Source: a virus. Taken from it: a stretch of DNA of 64,000 bases. This document shows positions 17,380 through 28,404 of the stretch, one piece after another. The stretch spans positions 5,810 to 69,809 of IMG/VR virus record IMGVR_UViG_3300009183_000083. One strand, given 5' to 3'. The notes under the pieces were generated by a model, which saw nothing but the letters and a program-made list of their open reading frames with translations, made no database searches and had not been told where the DNA came from. How positions within the stretch are numbered: position 1 is the first letter of the stretch; the number at the start of each line of letters is the position of its first letter. The translations under genes and the position numbers were made by a program.

Positions 17380-18723
17380 ATGCTTCTTACTGCAAATCTT
17401 GGAGACGCTAAAACCTTCAGCATCCCGCTGAGGTGGGGCAATCGTCAATTTATCCCAGGAGCAGAATGGAACTTAACATTCACAGCCAAAAGCCAACCAG
17501 CCACTCAGCTGGATAGTGCTGCATCGCTTCAAAAACAATTGGGTTCTGAATTTTTTATTTTAAATGACAAAGCAAATATAAAACTTCTTCCTGCGGACAC
17601 ATTTGGAAGCTCTACAGTTACAGCGTTAAGCCCCGGCTTACTGTACTGGGACATCCAGGCTCAAAAGATACTGGATACTCTGGATATTAGGACAGTTGCT
17701 GGAGGCACTCTTAACTTATTTAGAGACGTAACACGGGGAACGCCCACTTATGTTCCACCAAGTCCATCGTTTTCAAGTGTTATTCCAAAATGGACATCAA
17801 CATCCTCAGCATCTAAAGACGCATATTCTGCTCCATCTGTTGTTAATACGTCTGGGATTACAATTAGTTTGGTAGCATCAAATGGGAGCGGTGGCATTAC
17901 CAATGCAAAGATTTCTCTTAATTCTGTAGAACTGGCAGGAACATATTCTTCTACAGGCGTTTGGCCTAATTTGTTTATTAACATTCCTTCGGCTGATCTT
18001 ACGGGACTTTCCGCTAGTTATGTAGCAAGCGTGGCAGTTAGAGTTGCTGGAACTTTCAACTCGTTAACTTTCAACATTGCAAATGCAGGCACTCTTACAA
18101 ATGTTCAGCCCGTAGCTTTTGTCGCTAGTTTGTATGCATCTTACGCACAGCAGTCGCTTCCATTCTACACAACAACAGCAACAGTAAATTATAATTACTC
18201 TGTAACAAGTGGTGCAGCTACTCAGTACTTAGGAACAATTACTCCGACAACTAGCGCCACGTTGAATGCAACCGCAGCAAGCGGCGCGCTTACTAATGTC
18301 CCAAATAAAACTCTTACGTTAGGTGGAAATATTACCGGAACTGGAACAAATGGAGCTGGTTCAACAACCGTCCCAATTATTGGAACAGTAAACGCAGTGC
18401 CTGTTTACTTCCCGGCTTTTTATAAAATTACAACTACCAGTACTCCACCAACATGGACAACAGCTGATGTACAAACTGCGTCTAGTCCAGTGGGACTCAC
18501 AATTACATATCCTCTTACTGCACCAAGTACAAATTATGGATGGTTGGCAACAAGAGTTTCAAAAGAATTGATTTCTATTGTAATTACTGGTATTGGTGAG
18601 TTCCCTTTTGATCCTCCAGTAGTTAGCATTGTTACTATTTCTGGTGAAGACTTTAATCTTTATGGTTTTACTGGATTTGCTGATATTGCAGACAACTCAC
18701 CACTAAAGTTGAAATTTAATTAA
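17380..18723 (+). CDS. virion structural or fibre protein
   Basis: BppU-like N-terminus (YWDIQ...TVAGGTLNL..DVT), T/S/A-rich beta body. Confidence 0.65.
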   Translation: MLLTANLGDAKTFSIPLRWGNRQFIPGAEWNLTFTAKSQPATQLDSAASLQKQLGSEFFILNDKANIKLLPADTFGSSTVTALSPGLLYWDIQAQKILDTLDIRTVAGGTLNLFRDVTRGTPTYVPPSPSFSSVIPKWTSTSSASKDAYSAPSVVNTSGITISLVASNGSGGITNAKISLNSVELAGTYSSTGVWPNLFINIPSADLTGLSASYVASVAVRVAGTFNSLTFNIANAGTLTNVQPVAFVASLYASYAQQSLPFYTTTATVNYNYSVTSGAATQYLGTITPTTSATLNATAASGALTNVPNKTLTLGGNITGTGTNGAGSTTVPIIGTVNAVPVYFPAFYKITTTSTPPTWTTADVQTASSPVGLTITYPLTAPSTNYGWLATRVSKELISIVITGIGEFPFDPPVVSIVTISGEDFNLYGFTGFADIADNSPLKLKFN

Positions 18724-18731
18724 ATTTAACT

Positions 18732-20561
18732 ATGCCGTCATACATTACATTACCATTAACGTTAGGAATTAAAAACGTTGCAGAGCCAGATGTGACAAGT
18801 GCCGTCACCACAAAAGGATATGTAGACGCTCGTATTTCATCTGCCTCGGCCACCGCCCCTACTTCTCCAGTGACTGGCACTTTGTGGGTGGATACGTCAA
18901 CTTACGTACTAAAAGTTTATTCTGATAATCTTTGGAGGACAGTCTCCGGTGGAGTGGCAAGTACTTCGCCAACAATTAACAGCGGTTCGTTATCTGGCCC
19001 TTTAACCAGCACATCTGGCACAGCGTCACCCCCAGTAACCTTCTCAGTTGCTGGTACAAATTTGACAGCGGGCATTCTAGTGACAGCGCCTCAATACTTT
19101 GAGGTTTCCCTAACGTCTGGAGGTACTTACTCAAACCCCATTACTGTAGGTGCAGCAGGAACGATTGCAGCTACCACTGTTTATGTGCGCCTTACCGCTT
19201 CTGCTCCAATTAACACTTACAACTCTCAGAACATTGTTCTCACGAGTGCTGCAGCAACCACCGCAAATGTAACCACTGCCGCAACTGGAAACAGTGTCAC
19301 TGCTGTAAGCACAACGCCTACAATCACTGGAGGTGCCATATCTGGTGCGTTAACCACTACTTTTGGCACAGCGTCAAGCTCTGCAAGCTTTACGGTTTCT
19401 GGTGTTAATATGACAACTGGAATTACAGTAACTCCTCCTACTAGCTTTGAAGTTTCTTTAACATCTGGAGGTACTTACTTAGCGGCTGTCACAGTAACAG
19501 GAACAGGAACAATTTCCTCTACTACTGTTTATGTACGACTTAAATCAACTGCTGCTGTAGGAAATTACAATGCCCAAAACATTGCCCTTACAAGTGCTAG
19601 CGCAGCATTGGTGAATGTGACTACATTATCATCTGGAAACAGTGTCAATTCTGTTGCAACCACCAGTGACTTTACCTACACGTCAACTGCAAGTGCTGTT
19701 ACGATTACAGGATACACTGGAACTGGAGGTGCTATTACAATCCCAAGTACCATTGGTAGTCTTCCAGTAACAAATATAGCAAGCCAAGCATTTTATGGTA
19801 ATACAAATTTTACTAACGTGACAATTCCTGCTAGTGTAACTACTATCGGAAGTCAAGCATTTGGCGTTTGCAGCAATCTTGTTGCTTTAATAGTAGATGG
19901 ATCAAATCCAAACTACAGCAGTACCAACGGAGTATTGTTCAATAAGAACCAAACAAGTCTGATTCAATATCCTGGAGGCAAGACGGGTATTTACACAATA
20001 TTAAACACTATTACAAGCATTACTGAGTATGCGTTCTACAACTGCTCAAATTTAACAGGTGTAACAATTCCAAGTAGCGTAACAGCGATAGGTGCCTTTG
20101 GATTTTCAGGTTGCTCTGGTTTAACAGCTCTAACTATCCCTAGTCTGATAACATCTATTAACTACTGGGCATTCTCATACTGTACTGGATTACAAACTTT
20201 AACTATTCCAAATACAGTAACGTCTATTTTAGACAATGCATTTGTAGGCTGCACAGGATTAACTAATGTAACGGTGTCCTCTAATTTAACCAGTTTAGGA
20301 GCTTCAGTCTTTAATTCTTGCAGTTTGTTGACTAGCGTTTCTTTCCTTGGGAATGCTCCAACTGTGTCTGGATCATGGAGTAATATGACAGGCACCGTTT
20401 ATCACTTGTCTGCGGCTACAGGTTGGGGAACAACTTTTGCAGGAAGACCTGTAGCAATAAGTGACACTACAATAGTTGACAGAGGGTACACAACTCCAAC
20501 TTCTAATGGCGCTGATTATTACATGGCTAATGCCACTGACTACTACTTACAACCTAACTAA
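18732..20561 (+). CDS. adhesin-like virion protein with tandem Ig-like repeats and BspA-type LRR
   Basis: two FEVSLTSGGTY/TTVYVRL repeats; T.VTIP.SVT.IG..AF..C..L repeats; F.GNAP cap. Confidence 0.8.
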   Translation: MPSYITLPLTLGIKNVAEPDVTSAVTTKGYVDARISSASATAPTSPVTGTLWVDTSTYVLKVYSDNLWRTVSGGVASTSPTINSGSLSGPLTSTSGTASPPVTFSVAGTNLTAGILVTAPQYFEVSLTSGGTYSNPITVGAAGTIAATTVYVRLTASAPINTYNSQNIVLTSAAATTANVTTAATGNSVTAVSTTPTITGGAISGALTTTFGTASSSASFTVSGVNMTTGITVTPPTSFEVSLTSGGTYLAAVTVTGTGTISSTTVYVRLKSTAAVGNYNAQNIALTSASAALVNVTTLSSGNSVNSVATTSDFTYTSTASAVTITGYTGTGGAITIPSTIGSLPVTNIASQAFYGNTNFTNVTIPASVTTIGSQAFGVCSNLVALIVDGSNPNYSSTNGVLFNKNQTSLIQYPGGKTGIYTILNTITSITEYAFYNCSNLTGVTIPSSVTAIGAFGFSGCSGLTALTIPSLITSINYWAFSYCTGLQTLTIPNTVTSILDNAFVGCTGLTNVTVSSNLTSLGASVFNSCSLLTSVSFLGNAPTVSGSWSNMTGTVYHLSAATGWGTTFAGRPVAISDTTIVDRGYTTPTSNGADYYMANATDYYLQPN

Positions 20562-20569
20562 ATAAAATC

Positions 20570-23500
20570 ATGGCTAACATAACAGTAAAAACATTAGTTG
20601 ACAAATTATTAACTTCGGACGCAACAGCTTCTGGTAGCATACAAGATCATAAAACAGCACTTACAAACTTAGGTGCTGTTGTTACGGGTGGTGCAGCAAC
20701 TGGATTAAATATGTCCACTGCTAAAATTCTTGGGCGTACCACCGCAACCACAGGTGCAGTTGAAGAGATTACAGTAGGCTCAGGACTTAGCTTGACTGGT
20801 GGCATTCTTGACAAGGGAGCCACAACTGTAGTTGGACCCACTACCGCAGACGACAACGCTATTGCACGTTTTGATACGGGTACTGGCAAATTGATTCAAA
20901 ACAGCTTAGTCACAGTGTCTGACGCAGGCGCAATTACAACACCACAAAGCACGGCTAGCGTGATTCCGTTTTATTATGCTGATTTAGCAAGTTTCCCAGC
21001 AGCAACTGCAGCAAACCATGGAGCTATTGGACACGCTCACCTTGAAAACGCAATGTACTATTCTCATAACAGTACTTGGGTTAAAATGCTTGATACTGGC
21101 ACAGCAGTTACAATAGCTCAGGGCGGCACAAATGCAACTACTGAATTAAATGCGCGTAAAAACATTTTGCCATCATTCACTAGCGCTGGTAATGCGGGAA
21201 AAGTTTTAGCGGTTAAATCAGATTTGTCAGATGTTGAATTTGTTGCACCAACAACTGGACTCCCAGCCGATGGCACTGTTGCTACTTTGCGTGCTGCTAA
21301 AGCAAGTGGTTTTAATTCTGAAGCATCTACGCCATCGCGTATGTGGAGACTTAAAATGAAACTGCAAAGAGATCGCATGACTGCTGGTGGATATGTTATT
21401 GGTGAGAAATTTAGATCAATTGTTTTAGGAGATTCAGTGTCATGTAGTATAGCCAATCAATCAACAGGATTCTTTGGATATGGAGGCGTTGATCTTAATA
21501 TTCAAGGTTGGACTAGGACAGGTGCTAATGCTGGAGCTACTACAGAGGCAAATTGGACTAGCGGGTCTCTTTCTCTTTATGATGAATGGACTAAAACTCC
21601 AGGGGGATATGTAGCATATATTGATGCAAATTATACTAATGGTAGTACTCTTACGCTTTCCAACCTCACTGCTCCAGGAGGACAAGTTTATGTTCAATTT
21701 CTTTCTGGCACCGCCGATACTGGATATGGTACATTTAAATTAGAATATCAAACAAATAATTTTGGCGTCCAAGGAGCTTGGACTCCTGTAACTAGCAATG
21801 CAGTTGTGTCTTCAGGAGTAACTCAATCTGGGGGAGTAGTTAATACAGACAATGCAGGAACTCAAACATTTTCTCAAGCAATCTTTAATCTTCCGCAAAT
21901 AGATAGATATAATTATCGAATTGTTGCAGTAACTGGCCGTTCAAGAATTTGCAATGTATTTTTAAATGCAGGAGGGCTTGTAAATACAATTACTAATGTA
22001 AATCCATTAGCAAAGTCAGGAGCTATTGCTATTAATTATTCTCAAGGAGGGAAATCTCTTTCAAACGCTTTTCGGCTTATTCCTCAATCGGTATTAACTT
22101 CAGCATTTGGATTTGGTGATCCACATGTTATTATATATAAATCTCAAAATGGATGGGATCTTGCTAGTTATCAATCATATTGGACAACATTTGCAGGCAG
22201 AGTAATGACAGCCGCGCCAAAAGCGTTGTTTATTGTTTGCGGTAGCCATCCACAAGGTAATCTTGTTTCCCCAGGAGTTTATACATCTAATACTAATTTA
22301 GATCCTGACCAAATAGCTGTTGATGATTATTTAAGAAAATGGTGTGTTAATACTGAAGGGGCAATTTTTATTGATGTACGTCAAAGTTTTCCCGAATGGA
22401 AAGCTGCCTATGATGGTGACACAACTCTTGCTGAAGATTTATGGACAGCGGGGAGTAATGGCGTTCATATTTATAATGGATCTATTGCAAGTCCTGCTGG
22501 TGGTGAAGAATATGTTCGATCGCTTGTATGGAGCGCTATCTACCCTATTATCCAATCTAATTCAATTGAATCTAATCCAAATGGTACTCAAAGGATTTTA
22601 CCTTTTGTTCCGACAGAGATTCGTCTTTTTGATGGTGCTATAGATTTTAATGCTCCAAACCGGGCTGGAAAATTAGATATTATTGTACCTCCACGATATC
22701 CAGGAGAGCTAATGATTCGAGACTTTTCGGAAATTAATTATGGGGGTCCTTCTGGAATCAAAAAACTTTCTAATGATTCAGCGTCAAAAAATTCATTAGT
22801 ACTTGTTAACAACAATAGCGATGCTGTTACATTTACTAATCATTCTCTTGGCGCATCACTTGGAGCTGCTTTTGGAATCACATCTTCTTCAAGTACGAAT
22901 CTTGTTCGTTCCACTGGTGGATTTAGGTTCTTACAACCAAGTCAGGTTTACGGTGCTAATGAAGGGATGGTAATTGAATCGCGAGACACATGTTATATTA
23001 CTCAACGTTTTTTTGGCATTGATATTTTAGGCAATGACACAACAAAAGCCAATCCATTGTGGTCATATTATCAAGATGGTCGCATTGAATATGAGGGTCA
23101 AATTTATGATGCAACAAACGGTTCGTCTGGCGCAAAAACTGTATTTACGCATGATGAGCCAGCAACAATAAAATGTGGAGGATCAGGATATACTACCGCA
23201 CCAACTGTAGTTATTGGAACTCCATGGTCAGCTAATGCAACTTATGAAAAAAACCAAAGTATTGTAAATGGTTCACTTCATTATCGAGTTGTGGTTCCAG
23301 GCACTTCTGGAACAGTTGCGTTTAGCACACCTGTTATCGGTATTTCCTCAGCAGTGTATACTCCAAGTTCAACTACTATAGTAATTACAACAAATGTTGC
23401 CCACACTCTTGCTTATAGTGCGGCTACTCCGATAACAATTATCGTTGCAGGTCTTGATTACGATACTAATTATCCAAATCCTAATGGTACTTTTGTTATT

Positions 23501-24010
23501 ACCGCAACAAGCACAAATACAATTTCTTATGCAGCATTAACAGCTTCGGGCAGTAATGTTTCTTGGATTGGCACTAATTCAGGACCAACAATAAGTATTA
23601 AAGCTACAGGTGGCACCGCATTTTTTTCTGCTGCCGGGAATCTTGCAATCGGAACCGCAAATGTATCTGCTGGAGGTGCTGTTACTGGTTTTGCTATGTC
23701 TAACAATGGTACTGGATATAGGAATGTAACTCCACCAAAAATAACGCTTACTGGTGGTGGTGGTGGTAGCGGCGCATCCGCTGTGACCACAGCTGTAAGT
23801 GGAGCTGACAACGTAGCATCAATAACATTATCGGCAAGAATACACACACCAATAAATTCCAAGGCAGGTGACGGAGTAAATTCTCGCGTTATTGGTGTAA
23901 TACCAAGTTATTTAAATGACGCTAATATAACCAGTGCAACTTTAGGTGTTAGCGTAGGAGATGTGTACTATGATGAATCACTTCAGAAAGTAAGAGTTCG
24001 GATAAGTTGA
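20570..24010 (+). CDS. tail fibre/spike with SGNH-hydrolase-like domain
   Basis: IVLGDS, FIDVR and NGVH motifs; GSGYTTAPTV-type repeats; paralogue of the next gene. Confidence 0.75.
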   Translation: MANITVKTLVDKLLTSDATASGSIQDHKTALTNLGAVVTGGAATGLNMSTAKILGRTTATTGAVEEITVGSGLSLTGGILDKGATTVVGPTTADDNAIARFDTGTGKLIQNSLVTVSDAGAITTPQSTASVIPFYYADLASFPAATAANHGAIGHAHLENAMYYSHNSTWVKMLDTGTAVTIAQGGTNATTELNARKNILPSFTSAGNAGKVLAVKSDLSDVEFVAPTTGLPADGTVATLRAAKASGFNSEASTPSRMWRLKMKLQRDRMTAGGYVIGEKFRSIVLGDSVSCSIANQSTGFFGYGGVDLNIQGWTRTGANAGATTEANWTSGSLSLYDEWTKTPGGYVAYIDANYTNGSTLTLSNLTAPGGQVYVQFLSGTADTGYGTFKLEYQTNNFGVQGAWTPVTSNAVVSSGVTQSGGVVNTDNAGTQTFSQAIFNLPQIDRYNYRIVAVTGRSRICNVFLNAGGLVNTITNVNPLAKSGAIAINYSQGGKSLSNAFRLIPQSVLTSAFGFGDPHVIIYKSQNGWDLASYQSYWTTFAGRVMTAAPKALFIVCGSHPQGNLVSPGVYTSNTNLDPDQIAVDDYLRKWCVNTEGAIFIDVRQSFPEWKAAYDGDTTLAEDLWTAGSNGVHIYNGSIASPAGGEEYVRSLVWSAIYPIIQSNSIESNPNGTQRILPFVPTEIRLFDGAIDFNAPNRAGKLDIIVPPRYPGELMIRDFSEINYGGPSGIKKLSNDSASKNSLVLVNNNSDAVTFTNHSLGASLGAAFGITSSSSTNLVRSTGGFRFLQPSQVYGANEGMVIESRDTCYITQRFFGIDILGNDTTKANPLWSYYQDGRIEYEGQIYDATNGSSGAKTVFTHDEPATIKCGGSGYTTAPTVVIGTPWSANATYEKNQSIVNGSLHYRVVVPGTSGTVAFSTPVIGISSAVYTPSSTTIVITTNVAHTLAYSAATPITIIVAGLDYDTNYPNPNGTFVITATSTNTISYAALTASGSNVSWIGTNSGPTISIKATGGTAFFSAAGNLAIGTANVSAGGAVTGFAMSNNGTGYRNVTPPKITLTGGGGGSGASAVTTAVSGADNVASITLSARIHTPINSKAGDGVNSRVIGVIPSYLNDANITSATLGVSVGDVYYDESLQKVRVRIS

Positions 24011-24040
24011 TGAATTCAAAACTTAAATTTTAATAATACC

Positions 24041-27000
24041 ATGGCTAACATAACAGTTACAACAGATATAGACAATCTGCTTAAGTCAACATCAGCAGGG
24101 AGTGGGACTACAATAAAAAGCTATAAAGCAGCATTAACTGATTTAGGCGCGGCAACTATTACTTCTGGCACAATTGCGGCAAACATATCGGGCAATGCAG
24201 CAACAGCTTCAAGTTTAACTGGTGGAGTAATTGCTAACATTACAAATAACACTTTACCACTCGCTAAGATTTCTACTGCGAATGCACCTGATAATTTTGT
24301 ATTAACATCTCAAGGGCCAGATGTTCCACCAGCATGGGAAATAATTCCACCAACTGGTGGAGGATTGCTAGCAGACGGAACCCAAGCAACCTTACGCACC
24401 GCTCGCGTAAGCGGGTATAACCGTATTGTTAATCCTTCAATAGACGCTTGGCGCATTCAAAACAAGTTATTGTCACAAAAAAAGATAGGGGCTAACGCTA
24501 ACTACGGCAGTCAAAAATTTAGAATTTCTGTTTTTGGGGATAGCGTAGCCGCTGACCCTGGATCATTTGCTCAAGGTTTCTTCGGCAAAGGTGGAATTGA
24601 TGTTCATCCTACGCCCGGATTTTTCCTTGAACCTGGTCGAGGCCAATTTCTTTCTCTAGATACCACTTACGCTAACTGGACAACAGGTCAATTTAACTTA
24701 TATGACGTTTATGCTAGAACAACAACAGGACGTATTCATTATTTAGATCAAAGCATTACTAGCGGAAGAGAACTTTTTTACAGCAATGTCTTACAAGTTT
24801 TGTGTCATACATATGTTGTTCGTTATCTTTCTGGTCCAACAACTGGCGGGGGTACTGGTGATTTAAGTTACGGAAAATTCAAGCTGCAATACAGAGTAAA
24901 TCCTACTGATAGTTATACTGGGGTTAGCACTTCGTTTTCAGATTGTATTTTGACAACGACATCAACTGGAGGTGGAGTTGTGTCTGTTGCACTTAGTGGC
25001 GCGACGGGTACAAATGCTTCTTTAATTAACAACGAGTTAATTGCTTTGCCTACAATTTCATTCTCAAGGCAATCTTACTCATACACAAGCGGAGCCAACG
25101 TTGTTACAATGTCGTATGCTCCTTCTAATGTGTGGCAAGTTTTTGTAAACGGATCACCGCACTTTACAGCATCATCAGTAGACTCAGTAACTGGCTGGCC
25201 TACAGCATTTACAGCTGTTAGCGGATCAGGAGCCACAGGAACCTTAACAGCACAAACACCAAGCGTAAACACAAATAGCGGTGCAGCAGAACGTGTTTCA
25301 CAAGCTGTATTTTATTTGCCTAAAACCGATCGATATGAATTCAGATTGGTATGTACCTCTGGAAGAGTTAGAATAACACAAGCCATATTAAATGATGGTG
25401 GTATGGCAATTAATGGTGCTTCAGAGTACAATGATAACGGATCAATATCATTCTATCACGCATTAAGTGGCAGAGCTTTAAATAATGCGTTTCAGTACAT
25501 ACCTCAAAGTGTTTTTAATGACGTTTTAGGTTTTGATGATCCGCACATTATTGTTTATAAAAATTTAAACAACTACGGGGTTAATGTGTATCAAGAATTT
25601 TGGCCAGCATTTGCAGCTAGAATTATGTCTGCTGCCCCTAATGCGTTGTTTATTGTTTGCGGTTCACATACTGCTGGAGCAAGTAGTTATCATTATGATG
25701 CAGGTAACCTTGATACTGATGATTATTTAGCAAATTGGTGTGCTAATAAACAAGGCGCTGTTTTTATTGACATTCGTCAAAACTACCCTTCGCATAATGG
25801 AACAATCTTGCTTAGTGGTGCAACGGGTACATATGCTAATTTAATTAACAATGATCTAGTTGCTAATGAGCTAACACTTGTAGGTGGAAAACAGTCCTAC
25901 TCATTTACCAACTCACTTGGTACTGTTACAATGCAGTGGAATGGAACAAACTGGGTAGTTGCTGTAGATGGAATAACTCAATTCACATCAACTGCAATAA
26001 GCGGTGCTGGCTGGCCGCCTACGGGTAGTGGAGCAGTTGCAGGGACAGTGACTCGAAATGGTTCAAATGCTATTACGGCCATTGCTGTTGGTGACGGTGG
26101 TACTTTCTACTCTGTAGCCCCATCTGTAGTAATTACGGGTGGAGGAGGTAGTGGCGCAGCTGCTACTGCCGTTATTACAAATGGAGCTGTGACTGGCGTT
26201 AATGTTACTTCTGGTGGTATTAATTACACTTCAACCCCAACAGTTGAGTTTTTAACATTTACACCTAGTAGTGGAGCAACTGGCACATTAGTATATTCTG
26301 ATTATGGCAATTCTGTACGAGGTATTGATGACCTGTCCGCAGATGGAGTGCATATTGGCGGTATAGGTGCGGACTATGTCAATTCTCTTATTTGGGAAAA
26401 AATTCGGCCAGCTTGCGAAGCATCAATAAATAGCGTTGAAAATTTAAACGTAGGAATTATTAAAGCTCCATTTGGGTTTAATCAAATAGATCTTACTGTT
26501 AGGGACAACAGAACTTCAACATACAATAATCAAACAAATATTCTGTCAATTAAAACAGATCCGCAGTTTACATCAAAATTTGTTACTCGCCCAAGTAACG
26601 CTTACGCTACAGGAGGTGGATATACAGAAGGTGGTGGTTTTGAAGTTAGTCAAAACATAACTAATACTTATGACGCACCTGCAACCGCATTGACGTTAAT
26701 CAGTGGTGGCGTAAACACAATGCGATTTGGTATATCAAAAAACCGAGGGTATTCTGGCGCAATTATTGGCAATCAATGTACGGCAGGTAGATCAGCTTCT
26801 GGACTTAGAGTTTTGCAACCAACTCAAGTTTATGGAAATAACCCTCCTTCTATGGTAGTTGAAGGCATCGTAAATCTTCCTACAACAACAAGAATTTTTG
26901 GGATTGATGTAAATGCAACTAATCAGGCTGAAGGAATCCCTGTTTATTCATGGCACACAGACCACACGGAGTTCCACGGCGCACAAGGTAGTGGTGCAAC

Positions 27001-27451
27001 TGCAACTGCGGTTCTTAGTGGCTCAACTGTAGGGTCTATTAACGTTACAAACAAAGGACACAGCTATCTTGTTGCTCCTATGATTGCCATTACTGGGGGA
27101 GGTGGTACTAATGCGTCATACACAGCTACTGTTTCTGGAGGTAAAATTACTGGTTTTGTGATGGTCAATGCTGGTACTGGATACACCACTGCGCCAACAG
27201 TTGTGATTACTCCAGCATTGCCATCTGCCACAGACAACACTGCAATTAGCTTTACCACAGAAGCTCCTACAACAAATGTTGCTATACACACTCCAATTTC
27301 CGCAACAGAAGGGTCTGGGGATTTGAAAAGAGTCATCGGAGTTATTCCAAGTTATGTTGACGCTAATACTGCCGCTAATGTTGCTGCTCTCGGTGTAGGT
27401 GAAGCGTACTACGATGAGGCAACTAAAAAAGTAAAAGTGAAATTACCATAA
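24041..27451 (+). CDS. tail fibre/spike with SGNH-hydrolase-like domain (paralogue)
   Basis: VFGDS, FIDIR and ADGVH motifs; ITGGGGSGA.ATA repeats; N- and C-termini shared with the upstream gene. Confidence 0.75.
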   Translation: MANITVTTDIDNLLKSTSAGSGTTIKSYKAALTDLGAATITSGTIAANISGNAATASSLTGGVIANITNNTLPLAKISTANAPDNFVLTSQGPDVPPAWEIIPPTGGGLLADGTQATLRTARVSGYNRIVNPSIDAWRIQNKLLSQKKIGANANYGSQKFRISVFGDSVAADPGSFAQGFFGKGGIDVHPTPGFFLEPGRGQFLSLDTTYANWTTGQFNLYDVYARTTTGRIHYLDQSITSGRELFYSNVLQVLCHTYVVRYLSGPTTGGGTGDLSYGKFKLQYRVNPTDSYTGVSTSFSDCILTTTSTGGGVVSVALSGATGTNASLINNELIALPTISFSRQSYSYTSGANVVTMSYAPSNVWQVFVNGSPHFTASSVDSVTGWPTAFTAVSGSGATGTLTAQTPSVNTNSGAAERVSQAVFYLPKTDRYEFRLVCTSGRVRITQAILNDGGMAINGASEYNDNGSISFYHALSGRALNNAFQYIPQSVFNDVLGFDDPHIIVYKNLNNYGVNVYQEFWPAFAARIMSAAPNALFIVCGSHTAGASSYHYDAGNLDTDDYLANWCANKQGAVFIDIRQNYPSHNGTILLSGATGTYANLINNDLVANELTLVGGKQSYSFTNSLGTVTMQWNGTNWVVAVDGITQFTSTAISGAGWPPTGSGAVAGTVTRNGSNAITAIAVGDGGTFYSVAPSVVITGGGGSGAAATAVITNGAVTGVNVTSGGINYTSTPTVEFLTFTPSSGATGTLVYSDYGNSVRGIDDLSADGVHIGGIGADYVNSLIWEKIRPACEASINSVENLNVGIIKAPFGFNQIDLTVRDNRTSTYNNQTNILSIKTDPQFTSKFVTRPSNAYATGGGYTEGGGFEVSQNITNTYDAPATALTLISGGVNTMRFGISKNRGYSGAIIGNQCTAGRSASGLRVLQPTQVYGNNPPSMVVEGIVNLPTTTRIFGIDVNATNQAEGIPVYSWHTDHTEFHGAQGSGATATAVLSGSTVGSINVTNKGHSYLVAPMIAITGGGGTNASYTATVSGGKITGFVMVNAGTGYTTAPTVVITPALPSATDNTAISFTTEAPTTNVAIHTPISATEGSGDLKRVIGVIPSYVDANTAANVAALGVGEAYYDEATKKVKVKLP

Positions 27452-27452
27452 C

Positions 27453-27767
27453 ATGAAACTCCTAGCCTTAATCCTAACCTTAACTCTGCCGCTAGCCGCC
27501 GAACGTACAGTTACTTTCGCGTGGGACGCTAGCGCAGATGCAACGTCTTACACGCTCTACGTCAACGGTGCGGCGTTAGCCTCCACCTCGAACACTGAGA
27601 TCACCGTGCAGATCCCAGACGGCAAAACACTGGCAAACGTCACGGGCGTAAACCTCGCAGGGGAATCCGAGAAATCGGCGACGCTCGTCGTGCCGCCCGC
27701 ACCGACCATACCAAAGAATTTTCGCATCAGCAAAATTGTCAGAACCACAACCGCTACCCCAAAATGA
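27453..27767 (+). CDS. secreted fibronectin type III-like protein
   Basis: signal peptide; VTFAWDAS..ATSY.LY...V.GVN.AGES.KS. Confidence 0.7.
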   Translation: MKLLALILTLTLPLAAERTVTFAWDASADATSYTLYVNGAALASTSNTEITVQIPDGKTLANVTGVNLAGESEKSATLVVPPAPTIPKNFRISKIVRTTTATPK

Positions 27768-27955
27768 TTAATCCCTTTGACCACACAGATTTAGGAACGA
27801 AATTTTTCTTAGGAATAGGCGCACCTATAGCAAGCCTGTTTCTAAACATTGTCCCAGCAGAAATTAACCCTTGGCTGCAAACAGTAGCTTTGATCACTGC
27901 CATCATCGTTTCCACTCTCAGTGCCATATCGATTATAACAAAAAACCTAAAATAA
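27764..27955 (+). CDS. putative holin-like membrane protein
   Basis: 63 aa with two hydrophobic segments. Confidence 0.55.
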   Translation: MINPFDHTDLGTKFFLGIGAPIASLFLNIVPAEINPWLQTVALITAIIVSTLSAISIITKNLK

Positions 27956-27959
27956 TATT

Positions 27960-28118
27960 ATGAACCTAATTATTGAAAAACTAAAAGAAGAAAGCACATG
28001 GAAAGGAATCATTGCACTAGCAATGGCATTTGGTTTGCAGTTGGACCCAGAATTGCAGAACAGCATTCTTATTGTTGGATTGGCTGTTATGGGGTTAATT
28101 AACATTAAAGCAAAATGA
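27960..28118 (+). CDS. putative holin
   Basis: translated by hand: MNLIIEKLKEESTWKGIIALAMAFG...; two TM segments. Confidence 0.65.
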   Translation: MNLIIEKLKEESTWKGIIALAMAFGLQLDPELQNSILIVGLAVMGLINIKAK

Positions 28119-28255
28119 AAACACTCACCGCACTCATCACTATTGTAGGACTTAGTTCTTGCACAGTTACAAACAATCCAGATGGAACGTTTAAAGCATC
28201 AATGGACTCCGCGTCAGCAATAGCAATTGCTAATCAAATGTTTGCAGACAAATGA
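28115..28255 (+). CDS. small lipoprotein (spanin-like)
   Basis: translated by hand: MKTLTALITIVGLSSC lipobox. Confidence 0.6.
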   Translation: MKTLTALITIVGLSSCTVTNNPDGTFKASMDSASAIAIANQMFADK

Positions 28256-28392
28256 TTACCTTTTGCATGTTGATCTTGAAATGGCTGCTGCTCCTTCTGG
28301 GGGCAGCAGCTGTAATTGCGGTAGTTTTATTGGCCGCTGTAATTTTTCTGGATTATCATGTGGACCGAATAGAAAAAGATAAAAAACCATAA
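28252..28392 (+). CDS. small membrane protein
   Basis: translated by hand: MITFCMLILKWLLLLLGAAAVIAVV...; ATGA-coupled to the upstream gene. Confidence 0.5.
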   Translation: MITFCMLILKWLLLLLGAAAVIAVVLLAAVIFLDYHVDRIEKDKKP

Positions 28393-28404
28393 TTTTTTAA
28401 AACA

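Noticed and set aside
28283-28310. GC-rich hairpin as a terminator
   Set aside because: lies inside a coupled membrane ORF and has no U-tract
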